Below, in pieces: positions 51,100-64,000 of a DNA stretch of 64,000 nt. The notes beneath the pieces are model-generated. The model did not search any database. It worked only from the letters and a program-made list of their open reading frames with translations, and was not told the origin of the DNA. A program made the position numbers and the translations under genes. Origin of the DNA: Eledone cirrhosa (lineage: Eukaryota); NCBI GenBank assembly GCA_964016885.1, contig OZ024756.1, forward strand, positions 5,394,001 through 5,458,000, read 5' to 3'. Every line of letters starts with the position of its first letter. Position 1 is the first letter of the stretch.

Positions 51100-52130
51100 A
51101 TAACGGTTTTTGATTTGGGTACAAGGCCAACACATTTGGGTGGACGGGAAGTTGATAAAATCAACCCCAGTACGTTACTAGTACTTAATTTTATCGACAC
51201 CGTAAGGATGAAAGTTAAAGTTAACCTCGGCGGGATTTGAACTCGAAACATGAATGGACGTAACTATATGCCACAAAGCATTTTGTTTGACGCTCTATCG
51301 GTACAATAATGGAGTATGTAAGTCTTCATTTCACTTACTATTGCTCTTTCAATCAACCCACAATTTTCACTAATTTGATTCTGAAACAAGTTAAACTACA
51401 GAATGATTGATTCACCGTGTTAAGTTATCAATTAATACATGTCACATGATATGTCATATGACTTCATAGTTTCATCCTCCTGACATATGACATGTCTTAG
51501 TCATTGCAAACCCGACGAAACCTATTTCTTTCCAAGTCGTAACACATCCGATTTGTTAGAGAGAGAGAGAGAGTGGGGGGAAAATAACCCCAGTATTCTA
51601 CTGGTACTTCATATATAGAGTTCGAAAAAATTAAAGGAAACACTTTACTTCGACGGGATTTGAACTCAGAGCGCCGGAACAAATGTGCTGACATTTTGAA
51701 TCCGATGTCCTAATGACTCTGCGCCGATCAACCGCCCCAGGTTTCATAATTGTTTCTACTTTATGCACAAGGCCTGCAATTATTCTTAGTGCATCACTGG
51801 TACTTTATTTTATCAACCCCGTAAGGATGAAAGGGTAAGTTAACCTCGGCGGGATTTGAACACATACCGTAAAGCGTCGTAACGCTGAGCTGCAAATCAT
51901 GGCGTTCGACCCTCTACCGATACTGCCAATCCAACGTCCTGTTTCATAATAATGTTCTACTTTAGGCACAAGGCCAGCAATTAACCAGTACACTAGTGGT
52001 ACTTTATTTTATCGACCCCGTAAGGATGAAAGGCAAAGTGAACCTCGGTGGGATTTGAACTCAGACTGTAAAGGGACGTAACTATGCTAGAAAGCATGGC
52101 GTCCAACCCTCTACCGATACTGCCAATTCA
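51100..52130 (-). mobile_element. Four SINE A copies (51100-51300, 51585-51740, 51747-51940, 51948-52130)
   Basis: Consensus match. Confidence 0.85.
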
Positions 52131-52197
52131 GAATGATATACATTAAAATAATTCTGCCGTGTGTTTATGACGACAGATATAATATGCACTGTGGAAA

Positions 52198-52343
<146 letters not shown>

Positions 52344-53600
52344 AACCAGGTATAATATACATAATGCCAACTATAATACATATACATATATCAACCAGAT
52401 ATAACATGCACAGTGGCGACTATGATAACATATAAGAAACAACCAGGTTTAATATTTTCTTATGCGCCATTATTTTACACACGCATACATTCAATACATG
52501 CAATTCATGCAATTGTTCTCTGACATAGAAAGGGCATCAATTATTACTATTTTTAATAAATCTAGGAAAGTTTTTTAGTCTACACGAAGCATATTCAATT
52601 TCCTGCTAATGCATAATTTACATGACACGCAGTTTATTTGTTTTCATTTTAGAATGAATATGTTTTCAACAAGCTTTATCATTTTCATACGATATTTGTT
52701 TTTCTTTTGGGAGGGTGTTCGTTTGGTGTAGATGGAAGAGAATTTCATATGTTTATTTTGTATTAACAGCTGGAGAAGAATCAATTCGTAAAATCAATAA
52801 AATGTCATCATTTTGTTTTTCAACTTTAACTTACTATGTGAACTAATGTTTGTACAAGCTAGTATAGTTCATCATTAATAGGTTACAGTCAAAATACGAT
52901 TCTCTACAGTAATATATAAGCATAATAGTATTAATATATCCTGTGAGGAAAAGTAAATTGGTAGAAGTAAAAATTCTACTTTGTGAAATTTAAAGTAGAA
53001 TAGAAAATCTAACGAATCTATTTCCCCACAAACAATCTGTAAATTTACTCTAATAAAGTTGAATCGTTTCTGCATTACGTTTAAATGCGATGTAAATACA
53101 AAGACGCTATATATCTGCTTGATTACCAAGGATGCATGCGGGCATTAAATATTTTTTTTATGAACGGGTACTTGGCAGTGGAGACTTCTGGTGTCCTCGG
53201 CCCTAGGGCGACCTCCCCACTCACCAGCATAGGCGCTGAGTTGGCCCAGCCGCAGTTGTGAACCCCGCGAGTTGGAGTGGCTTTTCCAGCGCGTCTCCCA
53301 TCTGTCCGCCGGGGCTGGGGGTGGGGTGGTGGGTGGAGAGACATCGTGTAACATTCCATATTTAGGTATCCACATAATTGTTATTACATCATCAACGAAG
53401 ATAATATTAACAGAAGAGTCTGATCATACGAGGTCAACATTAGATATGTAGTGCACATGTATCTCGCGAAACGCGCACCTTTTATGTATTTTTATATTTA
53501 TGTATTTGTGTGTGCATGTGTGTATAAGTTTGTGCATGTATGTATTGCATTGTAATATATATGTATAATGTATGTGTATGTGTGTGCATGTATATATATA

Positions 53601-53791
53601 TAATTGTTTCTACTGTTGGCACAAGGCCAGCAATTATCCCAGTGTATTACTGGTACTTTATTCTATCGACCTCGTAAGGATGAAAAGCAAAGTTAACCTC
53701 GGCGAGATTTGAACTGAGTCCGTAAAGGGACGTAACTGTGTTGCAAAACATGGCGTCCGACCCTCTACCGATAGTGCCAATCCACCGCCCT
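53601..53791 (-). mobile_element. SINE family A
   Basis: Consensus match. Confidence 0.88.
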
Positions 53792-53851
53792 TGTATATAA
53801 TAATAATAACAGGTGAAAGCAGCGATTATTTGCTTAAACTTTAATCTGTTC

Positions 53852-53897
<46 letters not shown>

Positions 53898-53986
53898 CGG
53901 ACCCCATATTACCACACTCTACTAGACCTAGTATCGAGTACTCTACTGAATATTGGTCTAACAGACTGTTACTGCATCCATTTTGA

Positions 53987-54038
<52 letters not shown>

Positions 54039-54250
54039 AAAGTTCTATTTAAAGTTGTTGGGATACAACAAGTAAATATTTTTATAACTGATATAAAGCA
54101 CTCGACAAGTTTTTGGAGTAGATATACGATATTAATAAATGGAAACTATATTTATAAAACCATATTTATTTCATTATACATATTTCAGGGATACCACATT
54201 TCAGATTGCAAACCATAGGTAATCAAGATACTCAATACGTTTGTATTTTC

Positions 54251-54839
54251 GTCCCTATGATTCGAACACATGTTGTGTTTATATTAGTGTTCATCTCTCT
54301 TGTTTATTCAATTATATTGTATGGCTCGGAAAAACTTTTTTCTTAGAGCTATTTAATTGTAAGGGACTACCCTGAGTTCTTAACTCAATATATATTTGTC
54401 GGCTCCTTCATGTAGAGCTAATTTTTATTGTCCTGTCAGCCAGGCTGCTATTTTTAGCGGCAAGGAATTTCGAGACAAGCTGGGTTCCGAGTGACACGTG
54501 CGATAATTCATATCGTACATAATTCATTCTCTAATATTTTTAGAAGTGAAAGGATCACTAATTTCTCAACAACTACTGAGGAGCAGAGAAACGTGAAAAC
54601 TTCACTTAATAAGTCGTTGCGAAACAGTCTCCAACACTGTCTAGTTGTTACCAGGCATTTTTGCCCAATATAGGTCTGTTACTTTTCTTTATTTTTCTTA
54701 ATTTAATATTTAAAGTTAAGGATAACAAACTATATTGCTGTAGTTAGTATTTTTTCACCCTAGCAAATTTTAGTCCTTACGATTCGAACACATGTATGTT
54801 TTTTATTAGTGTTCGTCTCTCTTGTTTATTCAATTATAT
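54251..54839 (+). mobile_element. Terminally redundant HHR-bearing element (522-nt period)
   Basis: ~66-bp direct repeat 54251-54317 / 54773-54839; HHR at 54568-54649. Confidence 0.75.
54568..54649 (+). ncRNA. Canonical type I hammerhead ribozyme
   Basis: aacaacta-CTGAGGA-gca...tgc-GAAAC-agt-ctccaac-act-GTC-tagttgtt; helix I 8 bp, true looped helix III. Confidence 0.85.
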
Positions 54840-55013
54840 ATATAAATTCGTTTTTGAATTTGTTTTGCGAGATGTCTTATCTGAAAACGTGTGTTGAAAC
54901 AACCAGCTAGTTACAAATAAATAAAAACACACGCACACACATGTAACGCATGCGCACACAAAACAAAATGGTGTAGGACAGAACAAAGGAGAGACACACA
55001 AAATAAAAACCTA

Positions 55014-55056
55014 GTCACTGAGGAGGTCACAGAATGTGTGACGAAAGATCTTTGAC
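55014..55056 (+). ncRNA. Minimal type I hammerhead motif with one extra nucleotide after CUGANGA
   Basis: gtca-CTGAGGA-g-gtcaca-gaatg-tgtgac-GAAA-gatc-TT-tgac; palindrome aagatctt. Confidence 0.65.
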
Positions 55057-55795
55057 AATATATAATTAAGCTTCCGGTTATCGAACCAACCAACTGCAAA
55101 TTTATAATAAATTGAAGTGAAAACCAACAGGTGCGTGTGTTTTATTGGCAACATGACTCTCCCAAAGTATGTATATAGAGAGATAGATATATGTGTCTGT
55201 GTATTTGTGTACTACGTGCAGCATCTGCTTTTGTCTGGGTTTACTAAAACCTTCGATAAATACAATTATATGAATTCTGATTAATTTGCATGGATTACTT
55301 TAAAAAGACGGTAAAAGTCTTCATTTGTTCTAGAATATCTTTATTCACTCACGATGCTTTCATCGGAGAAAGATGAGGAAGAAAGAAACAAAATCACACA
55401 GAAAACCTGATCTAATGCAAGGATTCAGCCGATTCTCGATCGTCAGAAACCTGGCCCATGCTTTAAAGAAATTATTTAGTTGCTGAAAAAAAAATCCCAG
55501 TTTTAAGAAACGTTAAAAAAATTATCATTATTTAATGAAACTACTTGGAGTAAATGAAAAATATCGAAAATAATTCTGTTAGGAAGCATGAAAATATTAA
55601 ATAGAAAGATTTGCCAAGAAATAAATAAATAAGTAAAATATATCATGAAGAAAAACTATGAAATAAAACGTAAAATGTTATTCATGTTATTCACAAATTC
55701 ATAAAATTTATAAATTTTGTTAATCGATCAATTATGAGAAGACGTGTAGTTTTGAAAGGCTAATCTATAATAAATTCTAATCATTCATTTTTAAG

Positions 55796-55915
55796 GGCAG
55801 CAGATATTAAATTAATTTAACTGTTCTGATTGTTGACACCTGATAAATGAGAAATCGACTTCAATTTATTACCAAAAATCAGCCATAGTTAACCCTACTT
55901 AAATAGTTATTATTA
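55796..55915 (+). repeat. Dispersed repeat with a second copy at 58640-58760
   Basis: gggca.cagatattaa.ttaatttaactgt...tcagccatagtt present in both. Confidence 0.7.
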
Positions 55916-56034
55916 TTCAAGTAACAAAACTATAGTACTCTTCCTTTTGTCTTACCTGTTGATAACAAATTATTAGCGGAAATTGAAATTACTTAGCATC
56001 AGATTTAGTTGAATAGCGAAGAGTAACTTTTATC

Positions 56035-56097
<63 letters not shown>

Positions 56098-56977
56098 GTG
56101 TTCTTTCGTTTAACACACAACTCTCTACGACAAAGCGCCTATATTATATGGCCATTCATGGGACTGTGAAAATGGCAATAAAGAACCCTCAAACACGAAT
56201 TGTCGCGTAATTTGATGTACTTTCTCACGTGAAAATCATCAACCAACCAAATCAGACTTATAAAAAAACAACGACAATTTGAGCCACACTTTAAAAGGCA
56301 AATGCAATAAGAACTTTGTAACGCGAACTGGCGGGCAATTTATTATATTTATTCACGTGATAGTCATCAACCAACCCTACTATGTTTTTGAAAAAACCAG
56401 TAATTCGAGCCACTCTTTCCACATAAAACAGAAGTAACATTCCAACACCAACCAGATGCGAGAAAAATCGCAAACCCTCCATCTCATTCTACGTTTGCAA
56501 AACATAAGAACTGTGAAACCGGTAAAGGAAACAAATAAATATTCTTAAAAAGACTCCAGCTGCATTTTCGATTTCATTTCCTTATCTTTTCACTCGTATA
56601 GAACATCTCGTTTTTTTATTTAAAAAAAAAACCTCATTTTCTTTTATAATGTCTGGTGGAATTAATGGTAAATTTTTTAAATAGGTTTGATGTTATATAT
56701 AATTTGCCCTTCACATATTTCTACCGCAATGTACCGCCTTTAAAAGGAAATGAAGGTTCTTTTACTTCATATCACACAGTGCATCGTATTAACTACTCTC
56801 TCTATCTATATCTCTCTCTCGCTCTCTCTTTCTCCCACTTTCGCTCTCTTTCTCTCTCTCTCTGTTAGTAGGTGTCTATGTGCTGCGTCTGTCCAGTGTG
56901 AGGAAGACAGCAGATATATTAGTGGAACACATGGACACCGTTAATATAAGTTGTACCTTAATTGGTGACATTATAGC

Positions 56978-57165
56978 TGGGCGGTGAATTGGCAGCATCG
57001 GTAGAGCGTCTGACGCCATGCTTTACAGCTCAGTTATGGCCCTTTCCATTCTGAGTTCAAATCTCGCCGAGGTTAACTTTGCCTTTCATCCTTACGGGGT
57101 CGATAAAATAAAGTACCAGTAATGCACTTGTTAATTGCTGGCCATGTGGCAAAAGTAGAAACATT
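56978..57165 (+). mobile_element. SINE family A
   Basis: Consensus match. Confidence 0.88.
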
Positions 57166-57344
57166 TATTGCTGGTTGTCTGTTCTGGTTGTACTACAGCC
57201 AGAAACAACATAACAACTGTTACACTGTTATATGGTATTGTGTCTCTTAGCTATATGTCAACTGGACCTGAGGCTCTCGTCTCAGTTGCATACCTTGCAA
57301 CTACTACCGACATTTTAAATTGGTAAACACATCTACATTACTCC

Positions 57345-57735
57345 CTTCTTTATGAGCCTGTCTCGGGGATCACCAAGCCGGTACTTATTCCAGTCTTCGT
57401 GGCTTGAAGCGACTGAGAATACAAGACTTCCCCTGGATAGGACACCAGTCCATCGCCGGCTTAAAATCCGTTTCGAGCTCCAAGGCTCATCTGGACGGTG
57501 CTTATCCGGGTTTCAGTTGCGTGAAGCGACAGGGAATACAAAACTCCCCCTGGACAGGACACCAGTCAATCGCAGGGTTAAACGCCCAGCTATTGCTTGT
57601 ACTCATTTTCAGCAGAGTGTACTGGAGTAAAGTGAAATAGAGTAGTTTGCTTAAGAACACAACACGCAAGCCCAGGAATCGAACCTATCCATTATGATCG
57701 TAAGTACAACACCCTTACCTCTAGGCCACGCGTCT
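57345..57735 (-). mobile_element. tRNA-derived SINE with an internal ~120-bp duplication
   Basis: tgaagcgac...aatacaa...ccctgga.aggacaccagtc occurs twice; head ggcctagaggtaagg...ggttcgattcctgg on the minus strand. Confidence 0.7.
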
Positions 57736-59903
57736 CTTGTAAATATATCATGGATCTGTGTCTCTGATTGTTTAGAAAGATAACGAAGGGTCTACACTAA
57801 GTGACAGGACCAAAATTATTTCGTGTAACCACATCTGTTAAGGCCAGTCTATCTATGTTGATGAACATTTCGTTGTGTCAGGTTGGTTAGGCTGAAAGTT
57901 TGTAACGTCAGCAAGTCTGATGAAGCCGTGTGAGTGGATAAATGTTTGTTGCGCCTTTTTGCCTTGTCAGGAAGCGTTGGATTGTTGCTGACAATACCAT
58001 TCTGGTAATTTGTATATCTACATTCGGCTGACTGCTGTACAATATATCACCATCAGTGTTATTCCTTACAACTTAACTTGCTGTGTATGTTTCTGTTGCT
58101 ATTGCAGTCTATGTTGCTATCACTATAGGAATTCTATTAATTTTATGTTTCTGTTCTTATTAAAGTTCACTTGTTCTTATGTTGCTATAGCTCTTCAGTT
58201 GTTATAGCTGTTAATTAACGCCTGCAGTGCAATTTATTATCGAGTAATATTGAATTTCTATAAATACAAAATTGATTTTTTTTTTATTTTTATTTATTTA
58301 TTTTTTTTTTATTATTTTTTTTACGTACACGAACGATCAGTACTATAGCTAAATAATTTTATGAGTGTTGAACCAAGTTTGGAAGGTAGAGTGTAAGTTA
58401 TGACAGCGTCAATGTGTATTGGTATTTGCAATATATCTGGAAGACAGCAGAAATTGAACCGTGTGTCTTGTGTGCTGTCAGTTCATGTGATATTGATTAT
58501 TATTCCGTCATTATATCTATTTCGAATCGTTTCCTTTCTAATAGGATTCTTCGTCCATAACAAGCCATTCATCAAATTCTGAAAGCCTGCTACAGCCATC
58601 AATTCTCATAAATGCTATTTAATGTCAGTTTACTGCGAGGGCACCAGATATTAAGTTAATTTAACTGTCCGGATTGTTGACGTCTGATAATTGGGGAATC
58701 AACTTCAATTTGTTAGCGAAAGTCAGCCATAGTTGCCCTGTTTAAATCCCTATTATTATTGACTCACCTAACACAACTATAACCATATAGACATGTCAAC
58801 ATTGATAATAATATATTTTAAGCCTAGATTGGAGAAGGCCAAAAATACTTATAATTTCAGGGACTTATGTAACTTATGTCAATGTACCAAGACAGTATTT
58901 CATTCAGATGGTGTCTTAATTATGAAATAATAGGATTCATCTCGAGAAATATTATTCTAGTACCTCGTTAGATATTGGTGAAACAATTTTATTCATTCTA
59001 AACAAGTAAATATGATAGTCGACAAGATAAAGTAAGACTTAATATATACTTAAATAATTAAAAGGAAATATATCAAATGAGATACACACATAAATCGCAA
59101 TTTAAAAAAAAATGTTTTCTTGTGTTCAGAACTGGTAGTAATTAATTAGTCTAGCAAAGAAAAGGAAGATAATTGTAAGAATTCAAGTAGAAACCTTGCA
59201 TAATTACCTTGTTTTAGATATATTAACAGCATACGTGTATTTTATCTTTAATCTGAAACTTATTGCAAATGAAATTATTAAAAAACAATATTAACAATTA
59301 TACATACATACATAAATACTTATACACATGTGCGTACACGTGTGCGCGTGTCTGTAGAATATATATCCGTTGGTTTGAAAACGGAAAACAGTGTTCAATG
59401 AGGAAGCCAGTTGAGATATTATATTATTGTAGATACACAGAACAAAGGCTCTAGCTAAGGTTTCAAGGCTGAATATTGACTATGTCTCCAGATTGTGAGG
59501 GGGATCAAAATTGTGACATAATTTTCAGGCGCTTAAACGTGTTTTTTTTTTTTTCTTTTTTTTTTTTTTTAGAAAATAGAAAACTTTTGAAACCAAAGTA
59601 GATTACTTAAGATAATATATAAAATGTTAGGTACCTTGTTCTTGTTAATCTTTCACTCTTTGTATCCATCTCCCCATCGTGCTGATCGATTTTTCTCCTC
59701 TTCTCCTCTCTCTCTCTATATATATAACTCCCTCAATCCTCATATTTCTTTCTCTCCATCTCTCTCTCTCTCTCTTTAAACCAAAATATTTTCTTATGCA
59801 AATAACATACAGCTGGTAACGGCAACCATCCGCCTTGAGAATATTCAAATTTTACGAATCTTATATTCATACACACTCATCGTTTCAAACCTTTCCAATT
59901 AAT

Positions 59904-60087
59904 GTGGATTGGCAGTATCGGTAGAGGGTCGGACGCCATGCTTTCCAGCATAGTTACGACCCTTTACGATCTGAGTTCAAATCCCGCCGAGGTTGACTTT
60001 GCCTTTCATCCTTACGGGGTCGATAAAATAAAGTAGCAGTAATGCACTGGGTAATTGCTGGCCTTGTGCCTACAGTAGAAACAGTTA
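59904..60087 (+). mobile_element. SINE family A
   Basis: Consensus match. Confidence 0.9.
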
Positions 60088-60184
60088 TGTATATATATAT
60101 ATATATAAATGTTTGTTTCGGGTTCAATCGGAAGTAACCTCAGTAAGGAAGGTACTCAATACATAGCAGAGTATAAATATTTAG

Positions 60185-60298
60185 TATAGAAATGACTTCT
60201 ACAGGACTAGAACTGTTTCATTCGGGAGAAGTCCCCAGGAAAGCCTGATGATTTCTCCCGAATGAAACAATTCTAGTCCTGTAGAAGCCATTTCTATA
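60185..60298. mobile_element. Palindromic fold-back containing a truncated hammerhead; related to 18310-18400 and 47930-47990
   Basis: ~55-bp arms around cagg-aaag-cctg; right arm CTGATGA-tttctcccgaat-GAAAC-aattcta-GTC. Confidence 0.6.
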
Positions 60299-60377
60299 TC
60301 TATACAAGTACAAGTACAGATTAAAGTTTAAGCAAAGAATCGCTGAACTTATAATAAATATTTGATTTGCGGGTTTT

Positions 60378-60442
<65 letters not shown>

Positions 60443-61194
60443 TATAAATCCTTATCGAGCCCTCTTCGGATTTTAGTCTTCATATTTATTATTAATATGT
60501 GTGTGTGTGTAAATAACTTATCCGAACTTTCCTGAACGTTGAACCCTCCATCACTCCCTCCAATCGTAAATATAATATAACTGTTTACTTTTGTATTTCA
60601 AAAGTTCTGTTTTTACTCGTCTGTATTTTTACGAATTCTCCCCCAACCTCCTATCTTTTTCTCCACCTCTATATCAATTAAGTAATATACCTATCTCGGG
60701 GATATTCTATGACTGTGGAAGTCCTACTTGTATTTCTATGCCTTCACATCTTGTTATAGGAAACCACGTACATCACTACACACTTTACTATTTTATTCTT
60801 CCCATAATAGATTTTAAATCACGTGCATCGTTTCTTCTTTTACCTATTTCTCATAATTCATTACTCCATCCATCCTCAATTATTAAATTTAGATATATTT
60901 AACTTGCACCGAGGCTAACTTTCTAAGCATCCATTTTTCTAAACATGAAACTCATTGATTTTGCTAACAAAAGCTGCCTAAAAGATTTAACCCCCTCACC
61001 ACCAGACTATAAAAGTCATATTTTTCTTTACTATGACCTTAACCCAATTGAGTATTGTTCAGAGACCCAGGAAGAGAATACACAGTGAAAACAATCAAAC
61101 AATCCTACTTCATTTTTATATTTTTTCACACAAAATAGGAATTGTTGCTTTCTGTGAAACAGAAACATATGCGAACGTGAGCGCATACATATAG

Positions 61195-61319
61195 GAACAA
61201 ACACAAATACGCACACGCACACACACGCACATACATACACACGCACATACATACACACGCACATACATACACACACGCACATACATACACACATGTATTT
61301 ATATATGTATATTTATATA

Positions 61320-61396
<77 letters not shown>

Positions 61397-61679
61397 GCAT
61401 ATATATATATGTCTGTATATATGTATATTTATATATGCATATATATATATATATTTATATATGCATATATATATATGTTTGTATATATGTATATTTATAT
61501 ATGTATATGTATATTTACATGTATATTTATATGTGTATGTATATTTACATGTGTATGTTTATATATGTCTATTTATATGTCTGTTTATATATGTATATTT
61601 ATAGGCGTATATTTATATATGTATATATATATGTATATTAAATATATGTGTATATATATATATGTATATTAAATATATA

Positions 61680-61711
<32 letters not shown>

Positions 61712-61715
61712 CACG
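61195..61715. repeat. (CA)n followed by an interrupted (TA)n/(TG) array
   Basis: Direct inspection. Confidence 0.92.
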
Positions 61716-62419
61716 AATACTTATAGATACGCTTCTATAATTACATCGAAAATACGGCATTCTTTCTTTGCTTCATCCTTTCTTTGCTTCATCCTTTCTT
61801 TTCTTCATCCTTTCTTTCCTTCATCCTTTCTTTCCTTCATCCTTTGTAGGCATGACACGTTCCCCCACATTTCTAGTACCCACCCCCACACAAAAACACC
61901 GCTCAAATCGATTTCTTTTGTTAAGGATGACACGCTCGCACAATTCCCGGGCTTGGACACCTAACAAAAAAAAAATAACTACCTCGATAAGCTAAATATT
62001 ATTCTATATTTATAGATTCTCCATTAGTTCTTGTATATCGTGCCCCCACTTTCTAAAAGAGAACATTATGGGCTTCTCCTATCTATACATTATTTGCTTT
62101 ACTTAGTAAGTCGGTTCGCACTCTGATCGATGTTATCGATCTGTGAATGAATGGTACACTTGACGCTCATCATTCTTTTATTCCGGCATCTGTATTCTTT
62201 GTTCGGTTATTGAGTGAACGATTTAACCTTTCGCCCTCAACTCCACATCTCATTCTACACTCAACCGCTTACAACATATTTTCTGTTGAAGCAATTGAAT
62301 GTAGAAAAAGTTGAAATGGTGGTGGTGGTGGTGGTGGTGGTGGTGGTGGTGATGATGATGGTGATTGAATCGGTAACATTTTATTCATAAAGTGCTTCAA
62401 CACACACACACACTCACAC

Positions 62420-62470
<51 letters not shown>

Positions 62471-62533
62471 TACACACACACGACACATATATATACACAG
62501 TCACACACACACACAGTTATGTATATTTATGAA

Positions 62534-62620
62534 TATATTGGGTCGTCAAGTATGAAATTTGTAGAAATTTGTTTTTTCTCTAAATATTTCTACAAATTTC
62601 ATACTTGACGAGCCAATATA
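62534..62620. repeat. Inverted repeat with ~35-bp arms between microsatellites
   Basis: tatattgggtcgtcaagtatgaaatttgtagaaat / atttctacaaatttcatacttgacgagccaatata. Confidence 0.8.
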
Positions 62621-62648
62621 TATATATTTATATGTATATATATATTTA

Positions 62649-62689
<41 letters not shown>

Positions 62690-63379
62690 TTGTCTGTGTA
62701 TAAATATACAGGCGTATATTTAACTATGCATCTATAAAGATATTTTTTGGAGAAGTTACATGCACATGTATACACATCCATAGAAATATATATAGAATCT
62801 ACATGACTACACTATTATGGATACTCAAGGCCAGACATAATTAAATATAACATTTTAGAAAATTTAGTATTAAGAGTTTATATTCATATGAATCCATATC
62901 TTTCATATTTATATATACACATATATAAATATTGGAATTGAAACTGTCTACCTATATTTTCTCGCAGAATACATCATAATTGGCGATAAAAATTAATAAA
63001 TATACAATATATATGTACATATATATGTATGTATATATATATATATATATATATGTACATATGTATGTATGTATATATATATATATGTATGTATGTATAT
63101 ATATATATGTATATGTACATATATATATATATGTACATATATATGTACATATATATATATATATGTACATATATATGTATATATATATATATATATGTAC
63201 ATATATATGTATGTATATATATATATATGTATGTATATATGTTTGTATATATAATTGGTGTGGGATGCTTAAAACCTCCGTATGCAGTAGGCCGTTTGAG
63301 CACTCGATGCTCTTACAGAGCAGAGTATAATATCACATAAGAAATGGAGAATCAGTGGTGCGAGGCATTAAAATGTATT

Positions 63380-63476
63380 AGACATATTACAATCGTTTCT
63401 CTGGCGACCAGCTGGAGGCACGATTGATGCGACGATCGAACCTGACTCCGAAATCGCAAGATCCTCAGATACGTCT
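63380..63476 (-). ncRNA. Type I hammerhead ribozyme motif
   Basis: Minus strand: agacgtat-CTGAGGA-tcttgcga...tcgccaga-GAAAC-gatt-GTA-atatgtct; helix I 8 bp. Confidence 0.78.
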
Positions 63477-63614
63477 CGATATTTCGAAGCAGTTTTTCCA
63501 ATACCTCTTCGGCGGTATTTTGCTGTTTTAACAGCTTCCATACGTCGAGTTTCTCCATTTTACTGAGAATCCTTATATCCTCGCGTCTCAAAACTCTATT
63601 TCGAGTTAATTTGT

Positions 63615-63654
<40 letters not shown>

Positions 63655-63668
63655 CAACACAATATAAT

Positions 63669-63746
63669 TATTCCATTACCTAAGGTTTCGTGAAACTAGA
63701 CAATCGATCTTAACAGAAACGTCTAGCACGCTCATCAGATGAAATA
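63669..63746 (-). ncRNA. Type I hammerhead ribozyme motif
   Basis: Minus strand: tatttcat-CTGATGA-gcgtgctagac...gtctagtttcac-GAAAC-cttag-GTA-atggaata; helix I 8 bp. Confidence 0.75.
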
Positions 63747-64000
63747 TTTACCTATATATATGTATATATATATTTATATATATATACATATATATATATC
63801 ATAGATTGAGTTAGAAACTCAAAATAGTCTTTTACAAATAAATAGCTCAAAGAAGGGAATCTTTCAGAGCCGTGTAATATAATTGGATATATGAGAGGGA
63901 GGAACACAGATATAAGTATATAAGTGTTCCAATTGCAAATGACCAAGTTAGCTAGGTTGAAAAATACTAACTTAAAACAATATGGTTTGCTTTACTCGAT

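Noticed and set aside
53123-53375. GC-rich short ORFs (also 8442-8841)
   Set aside because: No recognisable domain or splice structure; probably transposon debris
57912-57952. Decayed hammerhead-like strings (also ~7325-7365, ~16735-16755, ~33770-33808, ~43030-43075 and 53416-53482)
   Set aside because: Core nucleotides mutated or helices missing; not counted as ribozymes

Overview
AT-rich, repeat-saturated eukaryotic (animal) non-coding DNA. The SINE types and extreme (TA)n/(CA)n density suggest a mollusc, probably an octopus-like cephalopod (inference). I recognise no intact host gene, rRNA, tRNA gene or CRISPR array, and nearly all ORFs in the track are translations of microsatellites or minisatellites. 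The window holds about 40 tRNA-derived SINE copies, a 5'-truncated degenerate RLE-type (R4/Dong-like) LINE at 20071-22323, small RTE, CR1/L2 and R4 fragments, a ~600-bp RTE-like non-autonomous family, hAT and mariner MITEs, and several minisatellites. The main signal is about 15 foldable type I hammerhead ribozyme (HHR) motifs from many unrelated sequence families (CUGANGA...GAAA core, usually a palindromic minimal helix III), plus several decayed ones. Several sit in ORF-less units of about 420-560 nt with terminal direct redundancy, sometimes preceded by a short inverted segment, and inserted in or next to (TA)n. This is the layout expected of non-autonomous Penelope-like or retrozyme-like elements copied from circular RNA. 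All folds were done by eye and no activity is demonstrated.
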